The position numbers and the translations under genes are program-made. From NCBI GenBank assembly GCA_032718475.1, contig JAUCBJ010007816.1, positions 14,143-78,142 of the forward strand: DNA of 64,000 nucleotides, in the 5' to 3' direction. Position 1 is the stretch's first letter; every line of letters starts with the position of its first letter. Shown here in pieces: positions 10,959-23,400 of this stretch. A model generated the notes under the pieces. It saw only the letters and a program-made list of their open reading frames with translations. It ran no database searches and had not been told where the DNA came from. The stretch is from Nemertoderma westbladi (lineage: Eukaryota; Animalia; Xenacoelomorpha).

Positions 10959-13900
10959 TCACCTCTTTCGGTATCTCTGGGTTTGTCATTCTGATAGCGT
11001 ACCCCTTCGTCAAATACGTTTCCATCTGTGTATTATACTGCAGATGGGCTTTCTCATCCTTTAGTAAACGTTGTCTTATTGAGTTTAAACGTCTTAAGGC
11101 TAGCGGATAATTATTTATAAGTTTAGGACGTTGGTTACGCCATAGCATCCCTTCCTCATAATGTCCGTCTTTCATCTGATGGATAGTATCTTCCATGATC
11201 TTTAAGGATTGTTTTTCTTGTTCCGACATACATGGTTCGTAACTACCAGGTTCGGCTGTGTCTTGTTCCAACCACTTGATAGTTTTCTCTGTTAATTCTT
11301 TGTCCAGTGCAGCTTGTTCCACTTGACAATTCCTTAATGTGTCGACATCGACAGGTGTTGATAAGGTTATTGGTTGAGGTAGACTCGCAAGCCTTCCGGC
11401 GTTATCATCTATCGTTGATGGATCATCTGCCTGATGCGTCTCCTTCTCAATCTCTGAACTTACCTTTTTGTAAAGTGGTTTCTGCTCCCTTTGACTTGTT
11501 GTACTTGCCACACATTTCGTACTTGTCACTTTGTTGTGTTTTGTCGAATTTCGGTGTGTAGTATAGTCAATGTCGTTTGAAAGAGAATGAGTCAAAGTTG
11601 TAGTTAATAAACTACATGTACTTTGCACATCATCTTCCTCATCACTTATATCTAGTGTGCGCACAGGCGCTCGAGTATACCATCCTATCGGCGATCTGCA
11701 GGCGTATGCATTTCCTGCTACGACTACCGATGGTCTGGTTTCCCACACTTGATGTAAGTTGAATTGGTCTGTCCCGATCAGCATTGTTACTGACCTATAA
11801 TTAACAGGACATTCAGGTACACCAAGGTGTCTAAAATACTTACGGTCCTCCAAGGATTGTTCTGGCACTGGACCCAGTAGGTTACTAAAGTCCTTTGTGG
11901 CTGCAAAGGTTAAATCCTTAAAGGGTAACAAAGACCTCTCCTTTTCGCTATGTTGCGATTTCGGAAGAAGAGTCTCTAAGTTCAACTTAACTCTTGTCAC
12001 TGGTATTGCACGTTGTCCATGCATACTACTTACGGTATAACTGACGTGCTTACCTTGTTGAAGGTCTGTGACGACGTCAGCTACCTTCTTGTCCACATAG
12101 CTGTGAGATGAGGCTGAATCCAAGATAGCGTAGATCCGTTTGCTCCCTTTTGTGCCTGTAATCTTAACAGGAATTACGCTAAATCCCTTTAGTTGATCAG
12201 GCGTCAGAAGCGCAATCGATGGTTGTTCGTCCCCAGTGTTGAAATATGCGTCGTCGTCTTCCGACTCTTCATCCGACGACCCGGATTGTTCTGGGAAACA
12301 ATCCCGTATATGCGTCACGAAAGTTGGTGTTGTTCTCGATTCTCGATTCTTGTATGCAGTATTGCATTTCGCTGCTGCTTCTGGGTGTTCCCTAGTGAAG
12401 CGTTTTGTCGGCGTATGACTATCCGTGTGGAGCAAACCGTCATGGTTGCGTCCACAGGAAGGACAGGTGTCTGTATTTGGGCAATCCTTGCGAACATGTC
12501 CGTGTTGCGTACACTGCCAACAAGAATCAAATGGCCGTATCTGTAGCCGTCGTTCTTCCGAGTTTAACTCACGAAATAGCCGACAACCTCTTAACTTGTG
12601 ACTAGTATGCCGCTTACCTAACTGCTCGCAGTATTGGCAACCGCTAAAGTCGGCACTCAGTTGCTGCCTGGTCTGTTTGATCCCAATAGGTGCAGACACT
12701 TTACTACCGTCGGAAAATTGTCGGGTTTCTGTCGGTGTGGCGTAGGTGGCCGTCCTTGTGGATGGCGTCGGTGGTTTTTGTCGGTTGGATGATGGTAAGG
12801 TGATTCCTTCTGCTACAATGTGTTGGTCTGTGTAGTTAGAACGAGTCTCCACCACTGCTTCCCTAGATATTAAAAGGTACACATCCTCCAATTTCAAAAA
12901 TCCACCCCTTTCTTCTCGCTGATATTCGATCTTCCTCCACTCCCTACGAAGTCGATGGTGTAATCTCCCTATTATTTTTAATAGGACTGTAGGAGTGTTT
13001 CCGTAATCAAGTTGTCCAATTGATCGTAATGTCGTTCTTGATTTCATCAGCTAATTTCAGTAAGTCGACGGGTTTCGTAATAGCCCCCCCTTTGCAGAGT
13101 TCCTCTATTACTGACTTGGCCATACTTACCGTACCTCCATAAATGGAAGTTAAGCGATCGTATGCTAATTCGAAGGCGTCTGGTACACCGACAAAAGTCT
13201 CTGCTAAACGTTTTGGTTCTCCCGTCAGCGTTTGAAGCAGGTAGTTAAACTTTTCCCTCGATGTAAAAGCGCATGCCGCAATTTGAGATTCGATGTAATC
13301 CACGAAGGTATGCCAATGTTTTGAGTTTCCGGAGAACTTTGGTGGTTGCTGCGCCGGTAATCCTTGTCTGGCTGCGAATTTAGCTATCTCTTCTGCAACA
13401 TTCAAAGTTTCGCGTCCCTGGGTAGCAATAGAGTTCGTTTTTCCCTGTCCAGGACATCTTTTCTTATACTCTACATTCCCTGAAAGTATATCCTTTTGCG
13501 GATGCTTCGGGTGTCTAGTATGTTCGAATTCCGTGTTTCTCGAACTATCAGTTTGAACTTCCTCTAAGCGTTCCTCGATCTGGGCCAACTTGTTAACAAC
13601 TGGTCGCATTATGTCGGCTAATTGTTGCGTACTAATTGCGTCCGTTGGTTGTAACGCTTTCTGTGTTGGTGTATTTTGTGGAGGATTATCTATAAAGGAA
13701 TTAGTTGAACGCTCGCGTTTGCATTCATCGGCCGCTCCTGTTCTAAACACCTCGCATTCCGGGTAATCCGATTCGCTCGAAGTACTACTATCACCTGGAT
13801 ACGGTGGCCGACGTGCTCGCGTCCGTTGGGTTGTCCGAATTCTAACATTCCGTTTAGAAACATCGTCTACTGGTTTCCGTTGTTCGGTAGGCTCGCAAGT

Positions 13901-15762
13901 CTCCCTCGAAGTCGTAGATTGCGATGTAAACTGGTAAAACGGTCGCGTGTCTACTGGTCTCCGTTGTTCGGTAGGCTCACAAGTCTTCCTCGAAGTCGTA
14001 GATTGCGATGTAAACTGAATCCGTGGTCGCGTAATGGCGTTTGAGTCTAACGGCCTTGAAGGCCTGAATACGATTGGGTTTGCGTAGTGTGTCACAGGTT
14101 TAGGTGTCGAAGGTTGACTCACCTGTTTAGTCGTCATTAATGTAGGTCCGACCAATAAACTACTACGATTGGTAATTGGCGGGTTACTTACCTGAACTTT
14201 CGGAATAGGCGATGACGTTGCTCTTGGCGGTATAAACTTATCCGGAATAATGAACCTGTGATCCGTCGCATCATGTATAGGAGATATATTACTACTACCC
14301 GCAATCGAAACAGGTTCTTTGGTCGTAATTGATGCAAACATATGAGTTACTTGAGGAAATCGTTGACATAATTCACCAACCAGCTCTCATCCTCGCTCAG
14401 GTGCTCCTACACTTCCTTCCTTTATTTGTTCCTGAATTTGGCGGTGCCTTACTTCTATCCGGTCTAGATCGTGTCCGTCTCGAGATCTCATCGATCGATC
14501 GCGGGCTTTAAGATCCAGATCTTCCTTGGCGTTAGCTAATTCTCTCGCCTTCCTTTCGAGTTCGAAATGAAGTTTAACCTCTTTCTCGCGTTGTTCCGTT
14601 TGTTGTTGTTGTGCCTCTAACTCTGCTAGTCGTATGGCTGATTGAGCCTTTATTTGCCGTTTTTTCATTTCGGCTCTCGCTTCTGAAACTAACCTTTGTC
14701 GCTCTAACTCAGCCGCTGCCGCTGCCGTTTGTCGCTCTAACTCGGCCGCTGCTGCTGCCGCTGCCGCTTGTTGTGCAATGTCCAACTCTAACCTTTCCAT
14801 CTCGGCTGCTTCCAACTCGGCTTGTTCTTGCAGATGAGAGATTCTCGCAACATTCGCAACGCGTAGTTTCTCTTCCTCTACTGCTGCTTGTACCATTAAC
14901 AGTTGAGTTTGTTCCTTCATCTCCTGTTGTTGTCTGTAGAACTGCTGCTGTTGTCGAGCAATTTCTGACGTTACAATACTCACCTCGCCAATTTCGCTGC
15001 GAATACTCACCAATGATTGATCCATTATTCCCGGTGCCAGTTCGATTTGTGCGTGTGAAGTTTCCCTCGTAGCCTCCGGCACGGTTTCCCAATCTCCGAC
15101 GTCTTCGCCGCACATACGTAAGTGATCCGTCAGATGTTTCAATTGTCCATCCAGCCTATACAATTCCTGTTCTTCCTCGGGCTGTAATAACTCGTCGGAA
15201 ACTGACTCACCTAGCAACTGGTCCGCTTGTTCCTGCTGTATCAGTCTAACGGTCGTCTTAAACTTAATCAGTTTCTAAGCTCCATCAGGATTCTAAGCTG
15301 AGTGTCTGAGTCCTGTCTTTGTCTAGCTAGATCTTGTAGACTGATTAGGTTATCTACGGACTTATGTACTTTACTTTGTACTCTAACCTGTAGGGTGTAA
15401 AACTCGAACCGAGACATCGGAGCGGTCAACTCGTCTAATATGCGTTGGCCTTCTCGAATACTCCTGGTAATATGCGCCATGTATCCTCCGACGCTTCTAA
15501 CTACGCTCTCTTGGCTTCCTACTGAACTTACCATGTCCGTTTCCCTGTGTCTAGGTTGCGGGACCGTTAGAAAATCCTCAGTCCTGCCGTCGCCTCATAC
15601 TACAGCATCCGGTACTCCCGTTGGATGTACTGGTGACGCACACGGTGTAGGTTCGGTAGGCTCGCGAGTCTTCCCCTGTGGTTCTTCCGCTACTGACTTA
15701 TCCGCGTCACATGAGTCATAGTCGGTAGGTGTATTCTTCGTATAGTCCTGTTTGTCACTCAT
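10959..15762 (-). pseudogene. gag: gag-protease-RT N-terminus of A (frameshifted into several ORFs)
   Basis: Start MSDKQD at 15762; coiled coil; PPKFSGN..W..F; EKFNYLLQ; BEL triple Cys/His (CQYC..H..C, CWQC..GH....C, CPSC...HDGLLH); protease ILDSAS. Confidence 0.92.
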
Positions 15763-16560
15763 TTCGGTAGTTGTAAGTCAAGTAAAGTGAGTGTCAAAGT
15801 ATCAAACTTACCGTATTTATATCTAAACGGTATTAATTACAGTCATATAAAATTAGCCTACCGGCCGATTTTATAGCAAATGGATAAAATTAGCCTAGCG
15901 GCCAATTTTACAACAAATAAATGTCACGGAGTAAGTATAATAAAATTAGCCTGGCGGCCAATTTTATAACAAATAAATCGGATAACGATATACGTTATCA
16001 AAAGGTAGATTAAATACAAATAATTAACGGACTAGTTCAGCAATAAACAAAGAAATCGTACGGAATGCATAAATGCTTGAGACAGTGGAACCCACAATAA
16101 TTTTAACTAATACGGTAATGCCTAACTGATTTATGCAACTTTTCGAACTCACCCCCTCCAATAATTCTCCAGAAAAACAGATTCCCAGATACAAACCGGA
16201 CGTGAACCTTTCCGTTTCCAGCGTTGTGGACGAAGTGCGATTTTCCCAACCAAAGTTGTTGAGTTATCTATCTCCCAAACTTGCGAAACACGGTCTTGCT
16301 CTCGTTACAGTCTAGAAATGAGCTCTGAATCCTGAAAAACAAAAGAGTTCGGTTTTACTTTTACGAAAAATTTTGTACCGGTACAATATGGTATTTAAAC
16401 CCTTTTAAACACCGGTATTCAATTCCAAATATTTTACACGCGGTTCAAATCAAAATTTTATTTCAAAAAATTAGCACTTAGCTAATCAAATACAAATTTT
16501 TACCTCAAAATACAAAATTTCAAATAATTTTTAGTCCTACTGAACCGTAGTTCAGTAAAA

Positions 16561-16571
16561 CATATTCCTAC
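16561..16571 (-). promoter_or_regulatory. Non-tRNA primer-binding-site position of A (GTAGGAATATG)
   Basis: Directly follows the 5' LTR CA. Complementary to LTR-internal CATATTCCTAT (plus coordinates 2313-2323 and 31882-31892). Confidence 0.75.
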
Positions 16572-16992
16572 TGAAGCGAAGAGACGTACCTGATATCCTG
16601 CAATATCCTACTGTAAAGTTTGTGAATCAAAACATAATCCGACCTTCTCACCAAAACAGTAAACTCTAAGTAAGCGAATCTATTGCAGTATCGGTCTCTT
16701 ATAACCGGTGAGGCAGAAGACAGTCTACGAACGGACAAACTTCGATAAAACAAAATCCCGCGCAGCGAATCCTAAAATCGGGCTGACTCACTGACGGACT
16801 AAGGGCGCTCGTATACTTTGCCGCGGTGTGATTTATATGTGGGTGAGAGATAGAGGCGCTAGCTAGATGTCTAACTAGCGGGCAAAGTGCAGTACGGACA
16901 AAATTATTTTATATATTTTGAGGTGTAAATAATTCCTAACTCGCGTGTGTCTTGATTCTAACAGCCAAAATCAGTTTTAGATCCTTCATATA
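16572..16992 (-). repeat. 5' LTR of A, segment 1
   Basis: Matches 1295-1715; ends at the B insertion. Confidence 0.95.
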
Positions 16993-19168
16993 TGTTACGG
17001 TATATGGCGCTGTATCCACATTATTAGTCGTTATACTGTATGCAGTATTAGTCCGTTATGCAGTATGCAATATTAGTCCGTTATACTGTACGTAATATTA
17101 GTCCGTTGTGCAGCATGATATTTTAGATAAGGCATAATAACGCAGTGGTATTTAGGTAGGGAAATCAAAACGCCCATATATTTGAAACCATCCATTTTGT
17201 ATAGTATGTAGCCCTACCTACGTAATTTTGTATTAGGATATATGTAGATAGTTCCAGGGTAGCGAGTTTATTCGGACCCTGGATTTTGTGCTTGCTGATA
17301 TTAGTTTGATAGGGCTAGCATAGGGACGCCGTCCTGGCCATTCAGTAGCCAGAGACGTGAACCATTACCATATATGGTAATAATTTGAGCAATAGGGCTA
17401 CAATCCGGCCTCCTTATTGGATTAACTGCTTCCAGGTTGGTCTAATGCTAGCATGGACTGGAGAGCCAATAGGAGAGCGATTGAGTCACCTTATTGCATC
17501 ATCCCATCCGGATCACCTATAAATTGGCGGTGTGCCGGTAAAGCCTCACATGACACATCGATTCTGTTCAACCTGTTTTACTGTTTTTCAATCTGTCACT
17601 GCTGTTGAGCTGTCTCTAATTTTGTATTAGGATATCGTATTTTCTGCAATTTGCTAATTTGATTAATTTCTTGAAATGATTTGCTAGTGCGATTACTTGC
17701 TTGTGTTTCTCAATAATTCCTTCGATTACTGCTAATTACAATTGAACTATGATTTCTACTCTTTGATTAATGGTTCTATGTGATTCCTTTCTGCGCAATA
17801 ATCCTAAGGGATTTCTGAGACTTTCAGACTTTGTGATTTGCATGCGCCGCTACGGTAGCTATTAGCATCATGGAGGGCTAAGGTGCCAGTGGGCGGTGGG
17901 CGCATCGGGGGTTGAGCGACTAGGAGAGAGCGGAGGATTCAAAGCGGGCAACGCTGGCCAGGGTCACCGTTGCGGGCGGGTATCTTGCACTGCGGCACGC
18001 AGACCAATCGCTGGTACAGTATCTAGGGGGCTGATGATCCAGGTTTTGTCTCTATTTAGTATTAGGGGGGCAGGAATTGGGTTAGTTAGGAATCCTAGAT
18101 GTACCCGGGAGAGGCCTGTGCGTATTACAACGTTGAGTGTGGAGTACGAGTAGTGAATTGCACAATTGTAAACTGTGATTTCTAACGCTGATTGGTGTGT
18201 TATTGAAGTGTGCCTAAGATTACGAATGCTTAGATAGGCGCTCTTTTCCCTTTGATTGATTTCTATTTCTTAGCTACAATAATTAGTTATTGATTAGGTC
18301 AAAGTAATACGGCAATTTAGGCTATTACTAGCGAAACCTGTTGCGTGATAAATTAGAATTACGTATTCTGGAACTCTTAGTAATTAGTACGCTGTTAAAT
18401 ATTTGTGACTGTAATTAATTAGTAAAAATTAAGAATTAGTACGCAGCATAGCGGAGAGTAGCTAAGGTAATAATTAGTGTACTGTAAACTATTCATGCTG
18501 AGCGGTTATTTGCATTAGCGGGCAATCAGCTAGAACGCACTATTCGGTACGCACGATACGCTAGTAGTTTTGCTGGCCTAAAGCCAGCCGCGGGCAGTTT
18601 TAGACTCGGGGTGGTATTATCCACGTAGAAACAGTTACTGTACCATTTTTGATATTTTAAATATTCTCACATTCACACATTACGTTAGGGAACCTCCAGT
18701 ATTCGCGATTAGAAAGACGTAGGTAATAGCGTGCTTTAATAGTGATAAAATTAGGCGTAAGAATACTCTGAGTGCAAGGCCTCTCGCACTCGTCTTAAGT
18801 AAGCTTAGGGAGCCGACTCGGGTTTATTGTTTTGGTTATTCCTGCGTGGCTCATAGATTCGAACAGTTAGCTCTCTATCGAGCGATCGGTAGAGAAAGGA
18901 ACAAGCGATTTTGCAGGAGTTGTGTAAATTTAGTAAAATATATTAGTGGACGGCAGATTAGCGCCATCCAACGGTAAGTAGCGGTTTTGTATTTAGCAAC
19001 CCTTACAATTTAGTAATAGCACGCTCCTGATCCCCTTTACTTAACAGTAGAGCAGTTTTTGTGTCTTATTGGATAGGCGAGAGCTTATTAGGTTGGCAGA
19101 AGGATATTAACGGGTATTGGTCTGTTCAACAGTTCTGCTGTTAGTATAGAGGTCGCGGTTGTTTATCA
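16993..19168 (+). repeat. 5' LTR of B (2176 bp, TG...CA)
   Basis: Direct repeat with 29103-31279; candidate TATA (CTATAAAT) at ~17517. Confidence 0.96.
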
Positions 19169-19179
19169 GTAATACGCGC
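19169..19179 (+). promoter_or_regulatory. Non-tRNA primer-binding-site position of B (GTAATACGCGC)
   Basis: Directly follows the LTR CA. Complementary to GTGCGTATTAC (18118-18128) and GCGCGTATTAC (30229-30239). Confidence 0.78.
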
Positions 19180-20448
19180 TTTGTTTGCTGTAGGCTGTAG
19201 CGTACAGTAAATAGAGTATTCTTAGGCTGTTACTTTAGATTACTGATACTTCGTATCAGTAATACGCGCTATTGGCTGTTGCTTGCAGCGGTCAATAGAG
19301 TATTCTTAGGCTGATAGTAATATCATAGTATTAGGCAATAAATTGGAGCACGTGATCGTCTGCTGTAGGCTATAGGCTGGCGTACGGTAGAACATTAAGT
19401 ATATTTATTCTATTAGGCTGTTAGTTTAGATTACTGTATTCACTGGCTGCGTACGATAGTACAGTAGTACATTAGGCTGATTGCTGTTACTGCGTACGGT
19501 AGAAAGGACATTTGTTTTGCCGTACCACACACAGTATCATTAGGCTGTTAGGTTGGTGTACTGTTTTACTTACTGTACTGCATACAGTGAATGTACGGTA
19601 GTGCGTTTTTGCTAATTGCGAATACAGCAGTTCCTTAGGCCTTAGGGCAAACTGTAATTAGTAAGTTTTTTGAAAATTTTAGCTAGGTTTGCGAGAATTC
19701 AGTTTTCGGTCAAAATTATTTTGTAAAATTCTAGAGTTTTGTACCGGTATGTTAGGTAACCGCTTAGTTATTTTATACCATCTGGAGATACATGGCAAGA
19801 CGGAACTTCTGAGTTTGGGGTTCGTGTGGGTCTGCGGGTTCGGTTTGCAATCAGCGAAGGGCCTGAATCTTGGGACGCGGACGTGGAATCTCACAGCAAA
19901 CAAGTTTAGTTGTTCTGTTGGCACCAGTGTGTTTGTGGAAGCAGTAAAAAATTATCGGTTGTTTAACTGCGAAGCTGAACTCAATTTATTAGTTAGGATA
20001 TTTAGGTTTAGCCGGCCATGGTTTTGAATCGCTCAAGTTAGAGAGAGAGTTAGAGAGAGTCGCAATCCGAAGATGTAGCCACGCGCTAGTGGATACATAT
20101 AATATTTGAAATTAAAATTACGTTGATTAGAGCTATATATATAAAATTAGAAATATTCGGGCGGCAAGTTTATTTGAATATTTTGTATTAGATTCAAAGT
20201 TATTTTGTGCTATACCGGTATTTAATACTATATAGTAGCTATATAATAATATTTTTGTTTAAATATTGTGCTAGTATTTGCTATAACTATATACCCCATT
20301 AAATTCACAATATTGCATTGCGAATTTATTTTGACATTTTGGACCAACTGATTATTTGACAAATAATTTGACCGTGTTTCGGTTAAATTATAATTATATC
20401 TCGAACCTTTGCGAGATATTTTGCCGGAAGGCAAACATTATTTAGACT

Positions 20449-23400
20449 ATGAGTGTCTCAGACAAAGAGGCACTAGAGGACAGCTATGAGACGGCGGCTG
20501 GACCGCCGACTGACGATAGCGTAAATATTACTGTTGATGACAATGCCGACTATGACGACGCAGCGAGCGACGCTGACGTAAGTGAACAGGAAGACGAGAC
20601 AGTGACTAGTGAGGAAGAACAGCAGCCTCAGGTAATAGTATTAGGATCCCCTACCGCTACTGATAGGAAGGACTGTACGGCAGCCCGGACAGAGGTGAGT
20701 GATAGGGAGAGTAGTGTAGCAGAAGCGAGAGCCCGGAGCCCGGTTTCCAGACCTGTGGGTATGGTAAGTGCCGTGGTCCCAACGGCTGTAAGGAGTACCC
20801 GTAGTTCCCGAAATAATCCTTCAAGTCCACCGAGTGTAAGTCAGGTAAGTGATAGAGAACTTGATATCGCGATAAAGAAGAAACTTCGCGCGCATGCCGG
20901 ACATATAACTCGGACGGCGGACAAGGTAAGAAAGATGTTAGCTGACTCAGCGAACATCGGGAGGGTAGAGTTAGTAGAGATTAGAAGAGGATATAACTCA
21001 GCGTTATTCAAGCAGACGGAGGAGCTTGCAGTCCTAGCGAAGAAGGCAGTAGAGTCTCAGTCGAGCGACGTGGCGACGAGGATTTACGACAGGGTTTTAG
21101 CAGCCTTGTTGGAGCACCGCGAGTTATCGGAGCGATTCCGACGAGTTAGGATGGAGAACTGGCTGCTATGGGCATCACAAGCGCAGGCGACTCAGGTGAG
21201 TGACGCAGAGTTAAGAGACTTAGTGGAGCGGGAAGAGATCCAAGATAAGGAAGAGCGCCTTTATCAGATGGAAGTTACTAGCTGGCTGATGCAGAATGGA
21301 GTGGTGGTACCAGGTCAGGTGCTACCGACGACGGAGAACATTCAACAGAGGACGTTAACTCCACCCGACGATGCATCCAGAGACAGCGGCGATTCCCAGG
21401 TTAGTCACGCGCGAGGGAAAGTTATATGTGCTAGATCCCTTGTTTCTCACAACTCGGCGGAGGAGAGAAGACGCCGACTAGACGAACAGCAGGCGGAAGT
21501 TTTGCGTGCATCGGAAGCACGGAAGGAAGCTGAGCGGGAACGGGAGCGCGCACGTAAGTTAGACGCAAAGTTGCGGGAGTTGGAAGACAAAGGTAAGCGT
21601 GAGCAAGCGGAACGCGAACGAAAAGAACGCGAACTCCAACTGAAACGCAAACAGAAAGAACGCGAACTCCAACTTGAACGCGAACGGGAAGCGAAGAAAC
21701 GCGAACTCCAACTCGAACGCGATCAGGAAGCGAAGAAACGCGAACTCCAACTCGAACGCGAACAGAAAGAACGCGAACTCGAACTTGAACGCGAACGCAA
21801 GGAACGCGAACTCGAGATCGAGAAGGAGCGACAGATGTTGTATGAAGAAAAGGCGCGACTGGAAGAAGAGAGCGTAGCGAGACGAGCGAGGGAAGAAGAA
21901 GAACGTAAACTGGCGCAGTTGGAAAGTGCGAGATTAAGTTTAGAGAGCGAAGAACGGACTAGGAAGGCGAACGAAATCGCCGAGAAGGGGATGCGAATGA
22001 TCGAAGAATGTGGGGCGAGTGTAGGGACAGAGTTGCGAGAACTGTTCGCACTGCAGAAGGCCGAACAGGAAGCGAGAACTCCGGCTATACGCGAGTCGAC
22101 GACGACCAGAATTCCTATACCCGGTCCAGCTATTACGAGTACACGGATCGTTAAACCATTCTCTACATATCGCACGCCAGTTGGTATTAGTGCTTCACCT
22201 ATCGCCCAGGATCTACGTCATCGGAACGCCGCACCACTGTATACCGAACGTGACAACGGAGAATTTAGAGAAGAAACTCCGACGGGCCGAGTATTTGGCG
22301 AACCGAACCCGAGGGTTTGGAATACACGGACGGAGCGCCGACCCAGTTCGACGGAGAACTTCCGGGTTAAACCGGAAGAGGGATCATATGAGAGACAGCG
22401 GATTACTCAGATAGAGCCGACTATACAACAGAACCCTAGCCAGGAATTTATTACGAGGGATGAGTTAAGTGCTAGTTTAGCGCAAGCTATATCGCCGCAC
22501 ATCCAACCTATAACGGACATGCTTAGCAACCTACGGTTAAAGGAAGCAGCCCAGGTAAGAAGTAACTCTAATCCCAGCAGGCCTGAGTTAGATAAAGTCC
22601 AGCCTAGTCAACGAGTACGTATATCGGAGGAAACTATACCACATAGACCTCAGGTAAGGACGCCTGTCCCGAATATCCATAATCCCAATTTCGAAAATTC
22701 GGCAGAGAAATTTATTGAGGATGCTTGGATCATGGCCTCGGCGCGCAAACCATCGCGAGCGCTAAGGACTGACACCGAGTCAAGCGATGAAGAGGAAGAA
22801 ATGAGACGTCAGAAGTCCCGAAACTATAAGGAAAGAAGGACGGACGCGGAGCAGGTAAGTTGGAACCACCGGGAAAGGACCAGACTTAACAACCCTGCGG
22901 AACTAAACCATTTGTTAACCCGGAACAACGCAACCCTTAGGGACATAGGTAAGTTTGCTGCTAGGCAAGGACTGCCGACGCAACAACCCCAGAAGTTTAT
23001 GGGCAACCACAAGCACTGGAGGACCTTTAAAACCTATGTCGACGAGCAGCTGACCAACAGCACCTTTACTCCCAACGAGAAGTTCAACTATTTGCTTCAA
23101 ATGCTCCATCGAGAACCTAGAGCCATTGCTGATAACTTCGTCGGCAACGAGAGAGCATTTGAGTTAGCGATGAAGACACTTAGTGACATCTACGGGAATA
23201 AAACCAAGATGGCGCAGTCGATAGTAGAAGACTTGGGTAAGGGCGGAAGGATTACAACTCCGTTAGAACTGTTGAACTTAGCGAACGCTATTTCGAACGC
23301 ATTGGACATCTTGAGGACGGTGAATCTACCTCATCATGGTGATCACGCCGAGGTTTTGAAAAGCGTAATAAGACGTCTAAACATGCGTTACCGACAGAAA

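Noticed and set aside
9779-10962. Insert in A's RT as a spliceosomal intron (minus strand starts GTGAGG)
   Set aside because: No AG acceptor at the position needed to restore the frame; the 4-bp direct repeat fits an insertion.
18840-18870. tRNA-like element in LTR B (GATTCGAAC)
   Set aside because: Only a B-box-like word, with no properly spaced A-box or cloverleaf.
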